Part shown: piece by piece, positions 1-13,250 of the stretch | Position numbering within the stretch: position 1 is the stretch's first letter | Layout: every line of letters begins with the position of its first letter | Source of the DNA: an uncultured Gemmatimonadales bacterium | Lineage (GTDB): Bacteria; Gemmatimonadota; Gemmatimonadetes; Gemmatimonadales; GWC2-71-9 | Length of the DNA stretch: 64,000 bases | Direction of reading: 5' to 3' | Assembly: GCA_963771275.1 (NCBI GenBank) | Contig: CAVYSW010000009.1 | Coordinates: 192,001-256,000, forward strand | Made by a program: the position numbers and the translations under genes | The notes under the pieces: generated by a model | The model's input: only the letters and a program-made list of their open reading frames with translations | Databases searched by the model: none | Told to the model about the DNA's origin: nothing

Positions 1-2
1 TC

Positions 3-905
3 GGCCCGTACTACCCCGCCGAGCAGGCGCTCATCGCGGAGCAATCGGGCGACGCCGCCCGGACGACCGTGTTCGCCGGGCTCTCGCTCGTCGGGGTCGT
101 GGCCGCCGCCATTGGTTCGGCGCTCGCCGCCCTGCCCCGGCTGCTCACGGCGACCGGGCTCGGCACCCGAATGGACGGCTACCACGCGATCTTCTGGCTC
201 ACCGCCGTCCTCGGGCTCGCCATGGCCGTCGTCGTCCTCCCGATTCGCGAGCGCCGGCCAGCCGGCCGGCCCGAGGCCCCGCGCAAGGCGGCGCCGCTCT
301 CGCCGGAGACCCGGCGTCTGCTCGCCCGATTCGCCGTCACCAACGCCGTCAACGGACTCGCCGTCGGGTTTCTGGGCCCCATTCTGTCCCTCTGGTTTCA
401 CCTTCGTTACGGCGTGGGCACCGCCGAGATCGGCGCGCTCTACTTCGCGGTCAACCTCGCGGCGATCGTCCCGTATCTCGGCGTCCCGTGGGCCACGCGA
501 CGGATGGGTGGGGCCGTGCGGACCGTCGTGGCGGCGCGGCTCGTCTCGGGGAGCCTGCTCGCGCTCATCCCCCTCATGCCCACGTTCGTCCTGGCGGGAA
601 CCGTCTACCTGGTCCGGATGGTGGTCAACGCCGTCTCCGTGCCGGTTCGCCAGTCGTACGTCATGGGCATCGTCCAGGCATCCGAGCGCGCGCGCATGGC
701 GGCGCTGTCCAACCTCCCCGCCCGCGCCTTCGCGATGCTCGGCCCGTTGGCCGCCGGCGTCATGCTGCGGACCATGTGGCTCGGCGTGCCACTGGAGCTG
801 TCGTCGGCCCTGCAGCTCGGGTACTCATGGCTGTACTGGCGCCTCTTCCGGAACGTCCGGCCCCCCGAGGAAGCCCGGGCCCCCGACGCGTACGACAGCG
901 GGTAG
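3..905 (+). CDS. MFS transporter (5'-truncated by window edge)
   Basis: Open frame from the window start with multiple hydrophobic helices and MFS-like motifs (PAEQALIAE, RQSYVMGIV..ERAR). Confidence 0.85.
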   Translation, partial: GPYYPAEQALIAEQSGDAARTTVFAGLSLVGVVAAAIGSALAALPRLLTATGLGTRMDGYHAIFWLTAVLGLAMAVVVLPIRERRPAGRPEAPRKAAPLSPETRRLLARFAVTNAVNGLAVGFLGPILSLWFHLRYGVGTAEIGALYFAVNLAAIVPYLGVPWATRRMGGAVRTVVAARLVSGSLLALIPLMPTFVLAGTVYLVRMVVNAVSVPVRQSYVMGIVQASERARMAALSNLPARAFAMLGPLAAGVMLRTMWLGVPLELSSALQLGYSWLYWRLFRNVRPPEEARAPDAYDSG

Positions 906-997
906 CGGCGGGGCCAACGACGCACGCGGCGGAGCCCGACCGGCGCGAGCCAGGGCTCGTCCCGTCGGGCTCCCCAAGCGACACGTGGTGGACTGTG

Positions 998-1393
998 CTA
1001 CTTCGTGCTCGCCGTGCTCGCCGCGGCCGCCGCGGCCTCCTTGCGCAGCAACACCATCAGGGTATCGCTGATCTGCCCCGTCACGGGCAGGTTGTGGGCC
1101 CGCTCGAACTTCCGCAGCGCCTCGTGCGTGTCCGGGCTCATCAGGCCCGTCTTGAACCCATCGTACAATTTGAGCTGCGTGAGCCAGAACTGGACTTCTC
1201 TGATGTCGGCCCGTGAACGCCGCGTCGGTGAAGGCACCCACGTGGTGTCGACGGCGCTGGGGGCGTTGCCGACCGGCGTGGACAGGAGCATCGGCGTGGC
1301 AGCGGGGTGCCGTGGGGTCGTCACATGCGCGAGCGCGGGTGTCGAGACGGCGACCAGCAACCCCAAGGCAAGCAGGCTGGTTGTGCGGGTCAT
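998..1393 (-). CDS. Secreted peptidoglycan-binding domain protein
   Basis: Signal peptide, then PG_binding_1-like 'IREVQFWLTQLKLYDGFKTGLMSPDTHEALRKFERAHNLPVTG'; GGAGG RBS. Confidence 0.8.
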   Translation of the reverse strand: MTRTTSLLALGLLVAVSTPALAHVTTPRHPAATPMLLSTPVGNAPSAVDTTWVPSPTRRSRADIREVQFWLTQLKLYDGFKTGLMSPDTHEALRKFERAHNLPVTGQISDTLMVLLRKEAAAAAASTASTK

Positions 1394-1458
1394 GGTCGGT
1401 TCCTCCGAGTAAGCGGTTCAGAGCGGTGATGCGGTGCGCCGCTCTGCCCCGTGGGAAG

Positions 1459-1473
1459 GCAACCGTCGTGCCG
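1459..1473 (-). promoter_or_regulatory. Putative sigma54 (-24/-12) promoter for the PG-binding gene
   Basis: Minus strand reads CGGCACGACGGTTGC (GG-N10-GC, close to TGGCAC-N5-TTGC). Confidence 0.5.
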
Positions 1474-1601
1474 TTTGTCGCCGGTTCCGCAAGTCTTTGT
1501 TGGGAACACGGTTCCGACCCGAGCGCGCGATCGTCCCCTGGCAAGGAAGCCGGGATTGCACAGACAGGGTGTCCCTGCCGGTCAATCTGTCCCGGGACCC
1601 C

Positions 1602-2420
1602 TCACCCTTCCCCCTCCCCGAGGGCCCGCCACATCGCCTCGGCAGACGCCCACCGCTCCCCGGGCAGCTTGCGGAGCGCACGCATGATACCGGCCGCGAT
1701 CGGCGCGGGCGCGTCCGGACGATAGTCCCGCACGTCCCGTGGCTGCTCGCTCTGCTGGAGCCGGAGCACCATCTCCTCGCGGGGATGCACGAACGGCGGC
1801 CGGCCGGCGAGGCACTCGAACAGAACGCACCCGGTCGAGTAGATGTCGCTGCGATGGTCGATCGTCTCCGCGCCGGACACCTGCTCCGGACTCATGTAGG
1901 TGGACGTGCCCACGGTGAAGCCCGAGCGCGTGAGCCGCACCATGTCGGCCGCGGCGACGATGGCTTTGGCGATCCCGAAGTCGAGCAGCACCACGCCGTC
2001 CGGGCTCAGCACGACGTTGTCCGGCTTCACGTCCCGGTGCACGATGCCGTGCCCGTGCGCGTACGCCAATGCGCTGAGCAGGTCGCGCGCGATGCGTCGG
2101 GTATCGCTGAGGGACGCCCGCCGGACGCGATCGAGGTGCTGCCGCAGGGTCGGGCCTTCAACCCAGTTCATCACGTAGTAGAGGAAGTAGTGCGCCTCGC
2201 CCGAGTCGACCACCCGCGCGATGCTGGGGTGCTCGAGCTGCCGCAGGAAGGCGACCTCCCGGAGAAAGCGATCGGCCGTGACCGTCACCGCCAGCTCGGG
2301 GTGCAGGATCTTGATCGCGACCGCCCGGCCATCCGGCGCCTGCCCCGAGAACACCCGCGCGGCGCCACCCCGCGCGATCTCCCGCTCGACCGCGTAGCGC
2401 CCGTGCAGGGCCTCACGCAC
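1602..2420 (-). CDS. Ser/Thr protein kinase (Hanks type, kinase domain only); true start may be ATG 2472 via a 1-nt frameshift
   Basis: EIARGG, VAIK, HRDVKPDN, DFG, GTSTYMSPEQ, SDIYS motifs. Confidence 0.92.
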   Translation of the reverse strand: MREALHGRYAVEREIARGGAARVFSGQAPDGRAVAIKILHPELAVTVTADRFLREVAFLRQLEHPSIARVVDSGEAHYFLYYVMNWVEGPTLRQHLDRVRRASLSDTRRIARDLLSALAYAHGHGIVHRDVKPDNVVLSPDGVVLLDFGIAKAIVAAADMVRLTRSGFTVGTSTYMSPEQVSGAETIDHRSDIYSTGCVLFECLAGRPPFVHPREEMVLRLQQSEQPRDVRDYRPDAPAPIAAGIMRALRKLPGERWASAEAMWRALGEGEG

Positions 2421-2474
2421 CAGGGGGAACAGCTCGCGCGACGTGATCGGCTCCGAGGAAATCGGGTTCCATTA

Positions 2475-2571
2475 AATGTTCAATGTTCAATGTTCAATGT
2501 TCAATGTCCAATGTCCAAGGAGTCGAGCAGGCGGTCCATCACTGCCCGACAGCCTTGGTCATGGGACATTC
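2475..2571. repeat. Heptamer-arm palindrome, CAATGTY family, copy 1
   Basis: aatgtt (caatgtt)3 (caatgtc)2 caag, a 34-nt hairpin insert, then cttg gtcatgg gacattc. Confidence 0.85.
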
Positions 2572-2593
2572 ATCCCCGGAGACTGGACCTGGA

Positions 2594-3496
2594 TCAGTCG
2601 TGCTTCACCGCCGCTCCCCTGGTTCCCAGATAGATCGCTCCCAGCGCGAGCAGCGCCCCCGCCAGATCGCTCGCACGGGTCGGCCGGTGAAACAGCAGCA
2701 CATCCCACACGAACGCGAGCGATGGCTGCAGCAGCAGCACGAGACCCGCCCGGCCGGCCTCGACGTGCGGCAGGCCGTGGGAGATCAGCAGCCACGCCAC
2801 CACCTGCGCGGTCACCCCGTAGCCCAGGAGCAGCGCGCCGGTGCGTGCGTCGGGGATCGCGAAGGTCGCCCCTTCCAACCCCACGCTCGCGGCGAGCAGC
2901 GCCGTCGTGACGAAGCAGATCGTCATGAGGTTGGGAATCGGCTCGAGCCGGCCCGCGCGCGCCTGGCTGGCGCGGAGCGCCAGGAGGTACGACCCGTACG
3001 ACACCGCGGTGAGCAGCCCCAGCACCACACCCCACCGATAGCCCGCCGGCAGCGCCCTCCAGTCCACGCCCACCAGCAGAAACAGCCCCACCAACGCGAG
3101 CGGGATCCCGACCACGAGCCGCCAACTCGGGCGCTCCTTGAGAATCAGGATGCCGAAGGCCGCCAGCATGAACACCTGGAAGTTGGCGAGGATCGTGGCG
3201 AGCCCCGGACCGACGAGGTGGATGCTGCGGTGCCAGAAGATGAGATCGAACGTGAAGGCCAGTCCCGCCGCCGCCGCGAACCCGAACGCCCGGCCCCCGA
3301 CCCAGAGGCGCTCGCGCCGCGCCGTGGCCAGCGCGAGCAGCACGATCCCGCCCACCAGCATGCGGTAGAACCCCGCCGCCGTGGGCCCGATGGTGGCCAG
3401 CTTCACGAACACGGGCGCGACGCTCAGGAGCACCGCACCCGCCGCGACCTGCCACAGGGCCAAAGTCGGGCGGCGCCGGTCGGGGGATGCAATCAC
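2594..3496 (-). CDS. DMT/EamA family transporter
   Basis: About 10 TM helices in two EamA-like halves (GLATILANFQ, LLLQP); GTG start inferred. Confidence 0.88.
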   Translation of the reverse strand: MIASPDRRRPTLALWQVAAGAVLLSVAPVFVKLATIGPTAAGFYRMLVGGIVLLALATARRERLWVGGRAFGFAAAAGLAFTFDLIFWHRSIHLVGPGLATILANFQVFMLAAFGILILKERPSWRLVVGIPLALVGLFLLVGVDWRALPAGYRWGVVLGLLTAVSYGSYLLALRASQARAGRLEPIPNLMTICFVTTALLAASVGLEGATFAIPDARTGALLLGYGVTAQVVAWLLISHGLPHVEAGRAGLVLLLQPSLAFVWDVLLFHRPTRASDLAGALLALGAIYLGTRGAAVKHD

Positions 3497-3553
3497 GGGC
3501 GGTGAGACCTCGCACCAGGACGGAGGGTATTGTACACGGGAGGTGCTTCCGCG

Positions 3554-4024
3554 ATGAAATCCGGGTGGCTCGTCGTTCCCCTCATGATGGCTGCGGGTGC
3601 GGCGTGCAGCGAGCCGCCGGCCGGTCCCGAGACACCGGCGTGCCTGCCGGGCGTGTTCCCACCGGCGGCGATCGCCGGCACGCTGGATTACGTGGCCTGG
3701 GCGGACAGCGGCACGCAGCTGCTCGAGGGGGTGCTGGCCATCGCGGCGCAGTCCAACCAGCACATCGCCGGCACGTGGACCATTCACTGGGCGGCCGGCG
3801 CGGACACCGCCAACGCCAACGACATCGGCCCGCAGCTCGGGACCGGCGACCTGATCGGCGTGGTGCAGGATACCACCGTGCTCGTCAACCTCACTCCCGA
3901 CTTCGCCGACAACAACGTCGGGCTGCTGGGCTGCGTCACGGCCGCGGGTTTTGCCGGCACGTGGAGCCACGTGGGGATCGCCGGTGAGATCGCCCACGGG
4001 CCGTTCACCGCCACCAGGCGGTAG
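3554..4024 (+). CDS. Hypothetical lipoprotein
   Basis: Signal peptide ending in lipobox-like AGAAC; codon usage typical of the genome. Confidence 0.7.
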   Translation: MKSGWLVVPLMMAAGAACSEPPAGPETPACLPGVFPPAAIAGTLDYVAWADSGTQLLEGVLAIAAQSNQHIAGTWTIHWAAGADTANANDIGPQLGTGDLIGVVQDTTVLVNLTPDFADNNVGLLGCVTAAGFAGTWSHVGIAGEIAHGPFTATRR

Positions 4025-4119
4025 ACCAGCTCGGCACCACCGCGCGACACGGCGCCCCAAGTCGGTGGCGCCCCCTCCCGTCGTTTCATAGATTTCGCCG
4101 GCATTCTCCCCATGCTCTC

Positions 4120-7350
<3,231 letters not shown>

Positions 7351-7427
7351 CGCGCCGGGGTCCCACCGCAACATCTTTCCCGGCCCGCGCGTAGCGTGGC
7401 TGACGCCTTTTTCCCTCGGAGCTCCTC

Positions 7428-9965
7428 ATGCGACGTATCAATCGTCTGCTCGCGCTGCTCGCGGCCGGCTTGGTTGCCGGCGCCTGCGCGACGGCCCACA
7501 CCCAGGCCCCGTCCCCGACGCCGCAGCGGGCCCCGACCCCCACGCCACAGCAGGGGCAGGCCGGTCCGCAGGGCGGTCCGGCCAACGGCCGCGCGGCGCC
7601 CCAGCGCCCGCAGGACCGGAAGCCCAAGCCCTACAAGGAAGTGATCACCGCGGAGGCCAAGACCGACTCCGGACTGTTCATCGTCCATCGGGTGGCCGAG
7701 AAGCTCTACTACGAGATCCCGACGGCGGAGCTCGGCAAGGAGATGCTGCTGGTCACGCGGGTCGCCAAGACGCTCACGGGCATCGGCTACGGTGGCGAGG
7801 AGGCCAACGAAGCCGTGCTGCGGTGGCAGCGGCAGGATCAGAAGATCCTGCTGCGCGTCGCGTCCTATGTGAACGTGGCCAGCGACTCGCTGCCGATCGC
7901 GACGGCCGTCCGCACGTCGAATTTCGAGCCGATCCTCCAGGCGTTCGACATCGAGGCGTTCAACGCCGACAGCTCGGCGGTCGTGATCGAGGTGACGCCG
8001 CTGTTCAGCAAGGACGTGCCCATGCTCGGGCTCCAGTCGTCGCGCCGCGAGCAATACAAGGTGCGCCGGCTCGACGAGAGCCGCAGCTATCTCGTGTCGG
8101 CCCACAGCTACCCTCGGAACATCGAGGTGCGGCACGTCCTCACGTACGACGCGAGCGCGGCACCCTCCGACCCGTCGACCGGCGCGATCTCGCTGGAGAT
8201 GAACCAGTCGATGATCCTGCTGCCCGAGCGGCCGCTCCGCCCGCGGCTGTACGACGAGCGCGTGGGGTACTTCGGGATCCGGCAGACCGACTACGGGCTC
8301 GACGTGCAGCGCGCCGAGCAGCGGCGCTACATCGCCCGCTGGCGGCTCGAGCCCACGGATACCGCCGCGTTCCGGCGGGGCGAGCTGGTCGAGCCGGTGA
8401 AGCCGATCGTCTACTACATCGATCCGGCGACCCCCGTCAAGTGGCGGCCGTACCTCAAGCAGGGCATCGAGGACTGGAACGTCGCCTTCGAGGCGGCGGG
8501 CTTCAAGCACGCAATCCGCGCGATGGATCCGCCGACGCCCGAGCAGGACCCAGAGTTCAGCCTCGAGGACGTGCGCTACTCGTCGATCCGCTACTTCGCG
8601 TCCGACATCCAGAACGCCTACGGGCCGCATGTGTCGGATCCGCGGACCGGCGAGATCCTCGAGAGCGACATCGGCTGGTATCACAACGTGATGAACCTCG
8701 TGCGGGACTGGTTCCTGATCCAGACCGCGGCGGCCAACCCGGCGGCGCGGCATATCAGCTTCGATGACAAGCTCATGGGCGAGCTGATTCGCTTCGTGTC
8801 CTCGCACGAGGTGGGCCACACGCTCGGCCTGCCGCACAACATGAAGGCGAGCGCCGCCTATCCGGTGGACTCGCTGCGGTCGGCGGCCTTCACGTGCAAG
8901 ATGAACACCGCGGCGAGCATCATGGACTATGCGCGGTTCAACTACGTCGCGCAGCCCGACGACAAGGGCGTCTGCTTCATGCCCGGGATCGGCGTCTACG
9001 ATCTCTATTCGATCCGGTGGGGCTACCGGCCGATTCTCGACGCCGACTCACCCGACGCCGAGCGGCCGACGCTCGATCGCTGGATCCGCGAGCACGAGGG
9101 CGACCCGATGTACATGTTCGGCGATGCCACCGGCATGGACCCGGCGTCGCAGACCGAGGCGCTCGGTGACGACGGCGTGAAGGCGAGCGAGTACGGCATC
9201 GCCAATCTCAAGCGGATCGTGCCCAACCTGATCGCATGGACCCACGAGCCGCTGACGGACTACAGCCAGCTCGAGGAGCTCTACGGCCAGGCGGTCGGCC
9301 AGTGGGCCCGCTACATGGGCCACGTGACGACCATCGTTGGCGGCATCAACGAGACCCGGAAGAGCGCCGACCAGGCGGGTCCGGTGTACCTGCCGGTGCC
9401 CGAGGCGCAGCAGCGGGCCGCCATGCGGTTCCTCCGCGCCCAGGCGTTCGCGACGCCTACGTGGATGCTGGACCGTGACATCCTCGATCGGATCGAGAAT
9501 CCGGCGGCCGTCGAGCGCATCCGGACGCGGCAGGTGAGCGTCCTGAACGGTCTGCTGTCGTTCGACCGGTTGCAGCGCTTGATCGAGTCCGAGGCGGCAA
9601 TCGGCGGCCGGGCGTACTCGCTGGGCGAGTTCATGGGGGATCTCCACGGAGCCATCTGGAGCGAGCTCACCGCCGGGAGCCCGATCGATGTCTTCCGGCG
9701 TAACCTCCAACGCGGTTACATCGACCGGATGCAGTACCTCATGACGCAGGAGCCACCGCCCATCCCGGCCCAGTTCCGGCAGTTCGTGCGGCGCACGGAG
9801 GTCAACGTCGCGCAGAGCGACATCCGGCCGTTCGCGCGCGGCGAGCTCGAGGGACTGAAGCGCGAGATCAGCGCGGCGCTGCCCAAGGTGTCGGACCGGG
9901 CGACGCAGCTGCACCTGCGCGACGCGCTGGTGCGGATTCAGGACATTCTCGAGCCCAAGAAGTAG
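7428..9965 (+). CDS. Zinc-dependent metalloprotease lipoprotein (EcxA/DUF4953-5117-5118 type)
   Basis: Lipobox AGAC; HEVGHTLGLPH zinc motif; SIMDY Met-turn; DPRTGEILE. Confidence 0.9.
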   Translation: MRRINRLLALLAAGLVAGACATAHTQAPSPTPQRAPTPTPQQGQAGPQGGPANGRAAPQRPQDRKPKPYKEVITAEAKTDSGLFIVHRVAEKLYYEIPTAELGKEMLLVTRVAKTLTGIGYGGEEANEAVLRWQRQDQKILLRVASYVNVASDSLPIATAVRTSNFEPILQAFDIEAFNADSSAVVIEVTPLFSKDVPMLGLQSSRREQYKVRRLDESRSYLVSAHSYPRNIEVRHVLTYDASAAPSDPSTGAISLEMNQSMILLPERPLRPRLYDERVGYFGIRQTDYGLDVQRAEQRRYIARWRLEPTDTAAFRRGELVEPVKPIVYYIDPATPVKWRPYLKQGIEDWNVAFEAAGFKHAIRAMDPPTPEQDPEFSLEDVRYSSIRYFASDIQNAYGPHVSDPRTGEILESDIGWYHNVMNLVRDWFLIQTAAANPAARHISFDDKLMGELIRFVSSHEVGHTLGLPHNMKASAAYPVDSLRSAAFTCKMNTAASIMDYARFNYVAQPDDKGVCFMPGIGVYDLYSIRWGYRPILDADSPDAERPTLDRWIREHEGDPMYMFGDATGMDPASQTEALGDDGVKASEYGIANLKRIVPNLIAWTHEPLTDYSQLEELYGQAVGQWARYMGHVTTIVGGINETRKSADQAGPVYLPVPEAQQRAAMRFLRAQAFATPTWMLDRDILDRIENPAAVERIRTRQVSVLNGLLSFDRLQRLIESEAAIGGRAYSLGEFMGDLHGAIWSELTAGSPIDVFRRNLQRGYIDRMQYLMTQEPPPIPAQFRQFVRRTEVNVAQSDIRPFARGELEGLKREISAALPKVSDRATQLHLRDALVRIQDILEPKK

Positions 9966-10005
9966 GCCGACGCGCGCGCCGGCGCGCGGGTGAACGGACG
10001 GAGGG

Positions 10006-12393
10006 TCAGCGCGTGCCCTCCGTCCGTTCGCCGTTCACGCGCCCGGCCGATGCCAGCATGATCCCGCCCGCCACGCCGTAGGCTGCCGCGGCGCCGGCGA
10101 ACAGCGCCCCCGAGCCGACCTCGAGTCCCACGATCGCGGCCAGCGGGGCCGCCACCACCGACGCGAAGCCGTTCACCGCCCAGGCCCACGCGGTCCGTCC
10201 CCCATCGGGGCCGACAAGCGCGCGAAGACCGAGGGGAAACGGCGTCCCCATCAGCACACCGAGTGGCGCGAGGACCAGCGCCGCGGCGAGCGCGCGCGCC
10301 GGGAGCGGCCAGGGTTCCGCGAGATGCACCACCGCGAGCAGGAACACGGCGCAGGCCGTGAGCAGGAGGGCGAGCCCGCCGAGCGCGCCGATCGCGCGGA
10401 CCGGCCGCCAGCGATCCGACCACCAGCTGCCGATCCCCGAGCACACCAGCAGGACGGCCAGCACCGACGCCACTGCGTACACCGGGTGGCCGAGGAGGAG
10501 GGTCAGCTGCTGGATCGCCGCCAGCTCCGCCGCGAGATAGGCGAGTCCGATCGCCCCGAAGTACCCGAGCACGGGTGGCAGCGCCACGCCGACTGCGCGA
10601 TGCGCACCGACCAGGACGGGCACCAGCAGCAGCAGCGCAGCCAGGACGAGACTCTGCGCCAGGGTCGCGACCAGGGCCAGGTACCCCAGCTCGGCGAACG
10701 GCAGCCACTCGCCGGCCCCGTGGGTGGCGAACGCGCGCAGCGCCCCGAGCTGCAGGAAGTGATGGGGATACGGGCGCGCGTCGGTCGCCGGCGCCACGCG
10801 GAGTGGATAGGCCTCGGCGAACCGGCGGGCGCCGTCCGCCGACGCCGTGGCCGCGCGTGCCGCCTCGAACAGGACGGGGAACTCGAGGAAGTTGAACCGG
10901 CTTTCGGGCGTCTCGAGCCCGGGCCGCCAGTCGACATCGAACCAACGCGCATCGGCCCAGCGCGTGAGCGCAGCGATCGCGGCGTCGGTGAACCCCGACG
11001 GCCGCACCAGCGTCGTCACCGTCCCCCAGCTCCGCACCACCATGAGTCCGCGCGCGAGCGCCGCCGGATCGCGTCGGCGCAGCGCCTCCGCGGCCGTGAG
11101 GATCACGCGGACCTCCCCCCGGGGCGGCAGGGCGAGCCAGCTCGTGATGGCGAGCACGCCGCCGGGTGCAAGCCGGTCGAGCAGACGCTCGTAGGCCTCG
11201 ACCGTGTGCAGGAAATCCTCGTTGAGCGAATGGACGCCGGCGGCAACCCCGCCGATGCCTCCCGTAGGCCCGAGCGTGATGAGATCGTACCGTTCGCGCG
11301 TCTGCGCGGTGAACGCGCGCGCGCCACCGATCACCCATCGGACGCCCCGTCCGTCGCGGGGACCCGGGAGCCGGGCACGCACCAGGCGTGCGAGCCCGGG
11401 GTTGAGCTCGACGACGGTCACCTCCGCCCCATGATCCAGCGCGGCGGGGACATCCACGCCGGCCGCGCCGCTCAGCGCGAGCACGCGTTCCCGACCCCCG
11501 AGCGCATACGGCAGGCCCGCCGGCAGCCAATCGAGCAGCGGCGTCGTGGCGGGGTCCCAATCCGTCACCGCACCCACCAGCTCGGCATCGAGGAAGATCC
11601 CGGTTTGCGCCGGGAACGCATCCCCGTACGCCAGCGACAGCCCGGGCGCGAAGCGCAGGGCCGGCGCGCGGACACCCACCACCCAGCCGAGCGGGCTGGT
11701 CATCTCGACCGTGCGCTCGGCGCCGGGGTACGCCACCGCCTGCGCAAGCGCCTTGTACGGCAGGACATGAAGCCGCCACGGCGGGTGAGCCCACGCGAGC
11801 GCGCCCAGCAGCACGGCGAGCATGGCGGCGCTCAGGCGCGGGCGCGAACGGACCGCCGCACTCGCCAACACGGCGCCGGCGCCCGCGACCACGGCCGGCA
11901 TGGCGAGCGCCCGGACCGGCGTCATGATCGCCAGCGCGCCGACCGCCGCCACGGCACCCGCCCCGGCCCCGAGGAAGCTCGCGCCGTACAGCGCGCCCGC
12001 GCGCGCCGGTGCCGCTGTGAGCGCCAGCAGCACCGTGAGGGCCCCCAGACCGAAGGGCAGCCCGAGCAGCAGGTACTCGAGCGCCAGCCTCGGCCACTGT
12101 CCGAGCTGCCAGGCCAGTTGGGTCGGATCCACCGGCACGAGACCCACCAGCGCCGGCACGGCCACGAGCGCGAGCGCCGCGAGGATGGCCGACCATGAGA
12201 GCCAGCGCCGCGCTGCGTCTCGCCCGGGTCGGGCCAGGGCCACGATCGTCCCGCTCGCGCCCCCACCCAGCATTGCCACGCCGATCGCCATCGACGCGAA
12301 ATGGTGGAACTGCTCGATGGCGAACACCCGGACGAGGAGGATCTGGTACGCCAGGGTGGCCGCGGCGACGCAGCCCACCGCCAGCGCCGTCAC
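10006..12393 (-). CDS. Membrane protein with spermidine-synthase-like SAM-binding domain
   Basis: TM blocks flank a soluble domain with VTVVELNP and ERYDLI; LGHP motif and WAWAVNGFASV C-terminus; GTG overlaps the pcm stop. Confidence 0.8.
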   Translation of the reverse strand: MTALAVGCVAAATLAYQILLVRVFAIEQFHHFASMAIGVAMLGGGASGTIVALARPGRDAARRWLSWSAILAALALVAVPALVGLVPVDPTQLAWQLGQWPRLALEYLLLGLPFGLGALTVLLALTAAPARAGALYGASFLGAGAGAVAAVGALAIMTPVRALAMPAVVAGAGAVLASAAVRSRPRLSAAMLAVLLGALAWAHPPWRLHVLPYKALAQAVAYPGAERTVEMTSPLGWVVGVRAPALRFAPGLSLAYGDAFPAQTGIFLDAELVGAVTDWDPATTPLLDWLPAGLPYALGGRERVLALSGAAGVDVPAALDHGAEVTVVELNPGLARLVRARLPGPRDGRGVRWVIGGARAFTAQTRERYDLITLGPTGGIGGVAAGVHSLNEDFLHTVEAYERLLDRLAPGGVLAITSWLALPPRGEVRVILTAAEALRRRDPAALARGLMVVRSWGTVTTLVRPSGFTDAAIAALTRWADARWFDVDWRPGLETPESRFNFLEFPVLFEAARAATASADGARRFAEAYPLRVAPATDARPYPHHFLQLGALRAFATHGAGEWLPFAELGYLALVATLAQSLVLAALLLLVPVLVGAHRAVGVALPPVLGYFGAIGLAYLAAELAAIQQLTLLLGHPVYAVASVLAVLLVCSGIGSWWSDRWRPVRAIGALGGLALLLTACAVFLLAVVHLAEPWPLPARALAAALVLAPLGVLMGTPFPLGLRALVGPDGGRTAWAWAVNGFASVVAAPLAAIVGLEVGSGALFAGAAAAYGVAGGIMLASAGRVNGERTEGTR

Positions 12394-13094
12394 CGCAGTC
12401 CTTCGAGCATCGGGACGAAGCGGACCGGAAGCAGCGCCCGCGTCGTCACCCGGCCCCGCTGGTCCTTCTCCACGAGAATCAGGTTCTGCACGCCGTACGC
12501 GCTCCCCACGGGAATCACCAAGCGACCGCCGGTCTTGAGCTGCGTCACGAGAGCCGGCGGGATGTAGCCCGCGGCGGCCGTCACGATCACGGCGTCGAAC
12601 GGCGCCGCCTCCGCCCATCCGAAGTGCCCGTCCCCGTGACGTACGGTCACGCGCCGGTACCCCAGTCGCCGCAGGCGCTCGGCCGCGCTGCCGGCAAGTG
12701 CCTCGAAGATCTCGATGGTGTACACCTCGCATCCGGTCGCCGCGAGCACCGCGGCCTGGTACCCGGAGCCGGTGCCGACCTCGAGCACCTTCATCCCAGG
12801 TACCGGTCGCAGCACCTCGGTCATGTAGGCCACGATGTACGGCTGGGAGATCGTCTGCCCGAGACCGATCGGCAGCGGGTGATCGCCGTAGGCCATGTCA
12901 CGCGCGTCGGCGGGGACGAACTCGTGACGCGGGACCGCGCGCAGGGCGGCGAGCGTCGCGGAGTCGCGCACACCCTCGCGGGCGATGAGGTCCACCATGG
13001 CCTGGCGGCGGGCGCGTTGGGTGGCCTGATCCTGCCCCGGGAGACGGGACGTGACCGCGACGACCTCAAGCAGCGCCAGTAATGCGAGACGCAT
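12390..13094 (-). CDS. pcm: Protein-L-isoaspartate O-methyltransferase
   Basis: VPRHEFVP, GQTISQPYIVA, VLEVGTGSGYQAA, APFDAVIVTAA, VRFVPM. Confidence 0.95.
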   Translation of the reverse strand: MRLALLALLEVVAVTSRLPGQDQATQRARRQAMVDLIAREGVRDSATLAALRAVPRHEFVPADARDMAYGDHPLPIGLGQTISQPYIVAYMTEVLRPVPGMKVLEVGTGSGYQAAVLAATGCEVYTIEIFEALAGSAAERLRRLGYRRVTVRHGDGHFGWAEAAPFDAVIVTAAAGYIPPALVTQLKTGGRLVIPVGSAYGVQNLILVEKDQRGRVTTRALLPVRFVPMLEGLR

Positions 13095-13250
13095 CCTCGC
13101 TCCGGAAGCATTGTCACGTAACGATAGGCGCCCGCCGGTTGGGCGGTAATAGGAGGCCGCTCAAGCGGCTACTCGGCGCCATCTGTCGCGCGAGGGCGAC
13201 GCAGAACGCCGCCCGTCTCAGCGGGCAGCGCGCGGCCACCGCGCCAGTCA

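Noticed and set aside
2476..3505. ORFs starting MFNVQCS.../MSNAQ.../MDIEHW... at repeat copies
   Set aside because: They are translations of heptamer arms supplying spurious ATG/TTG starts. The same artefact extends the pncA, dinB and methyltransferase ORFs in the track.
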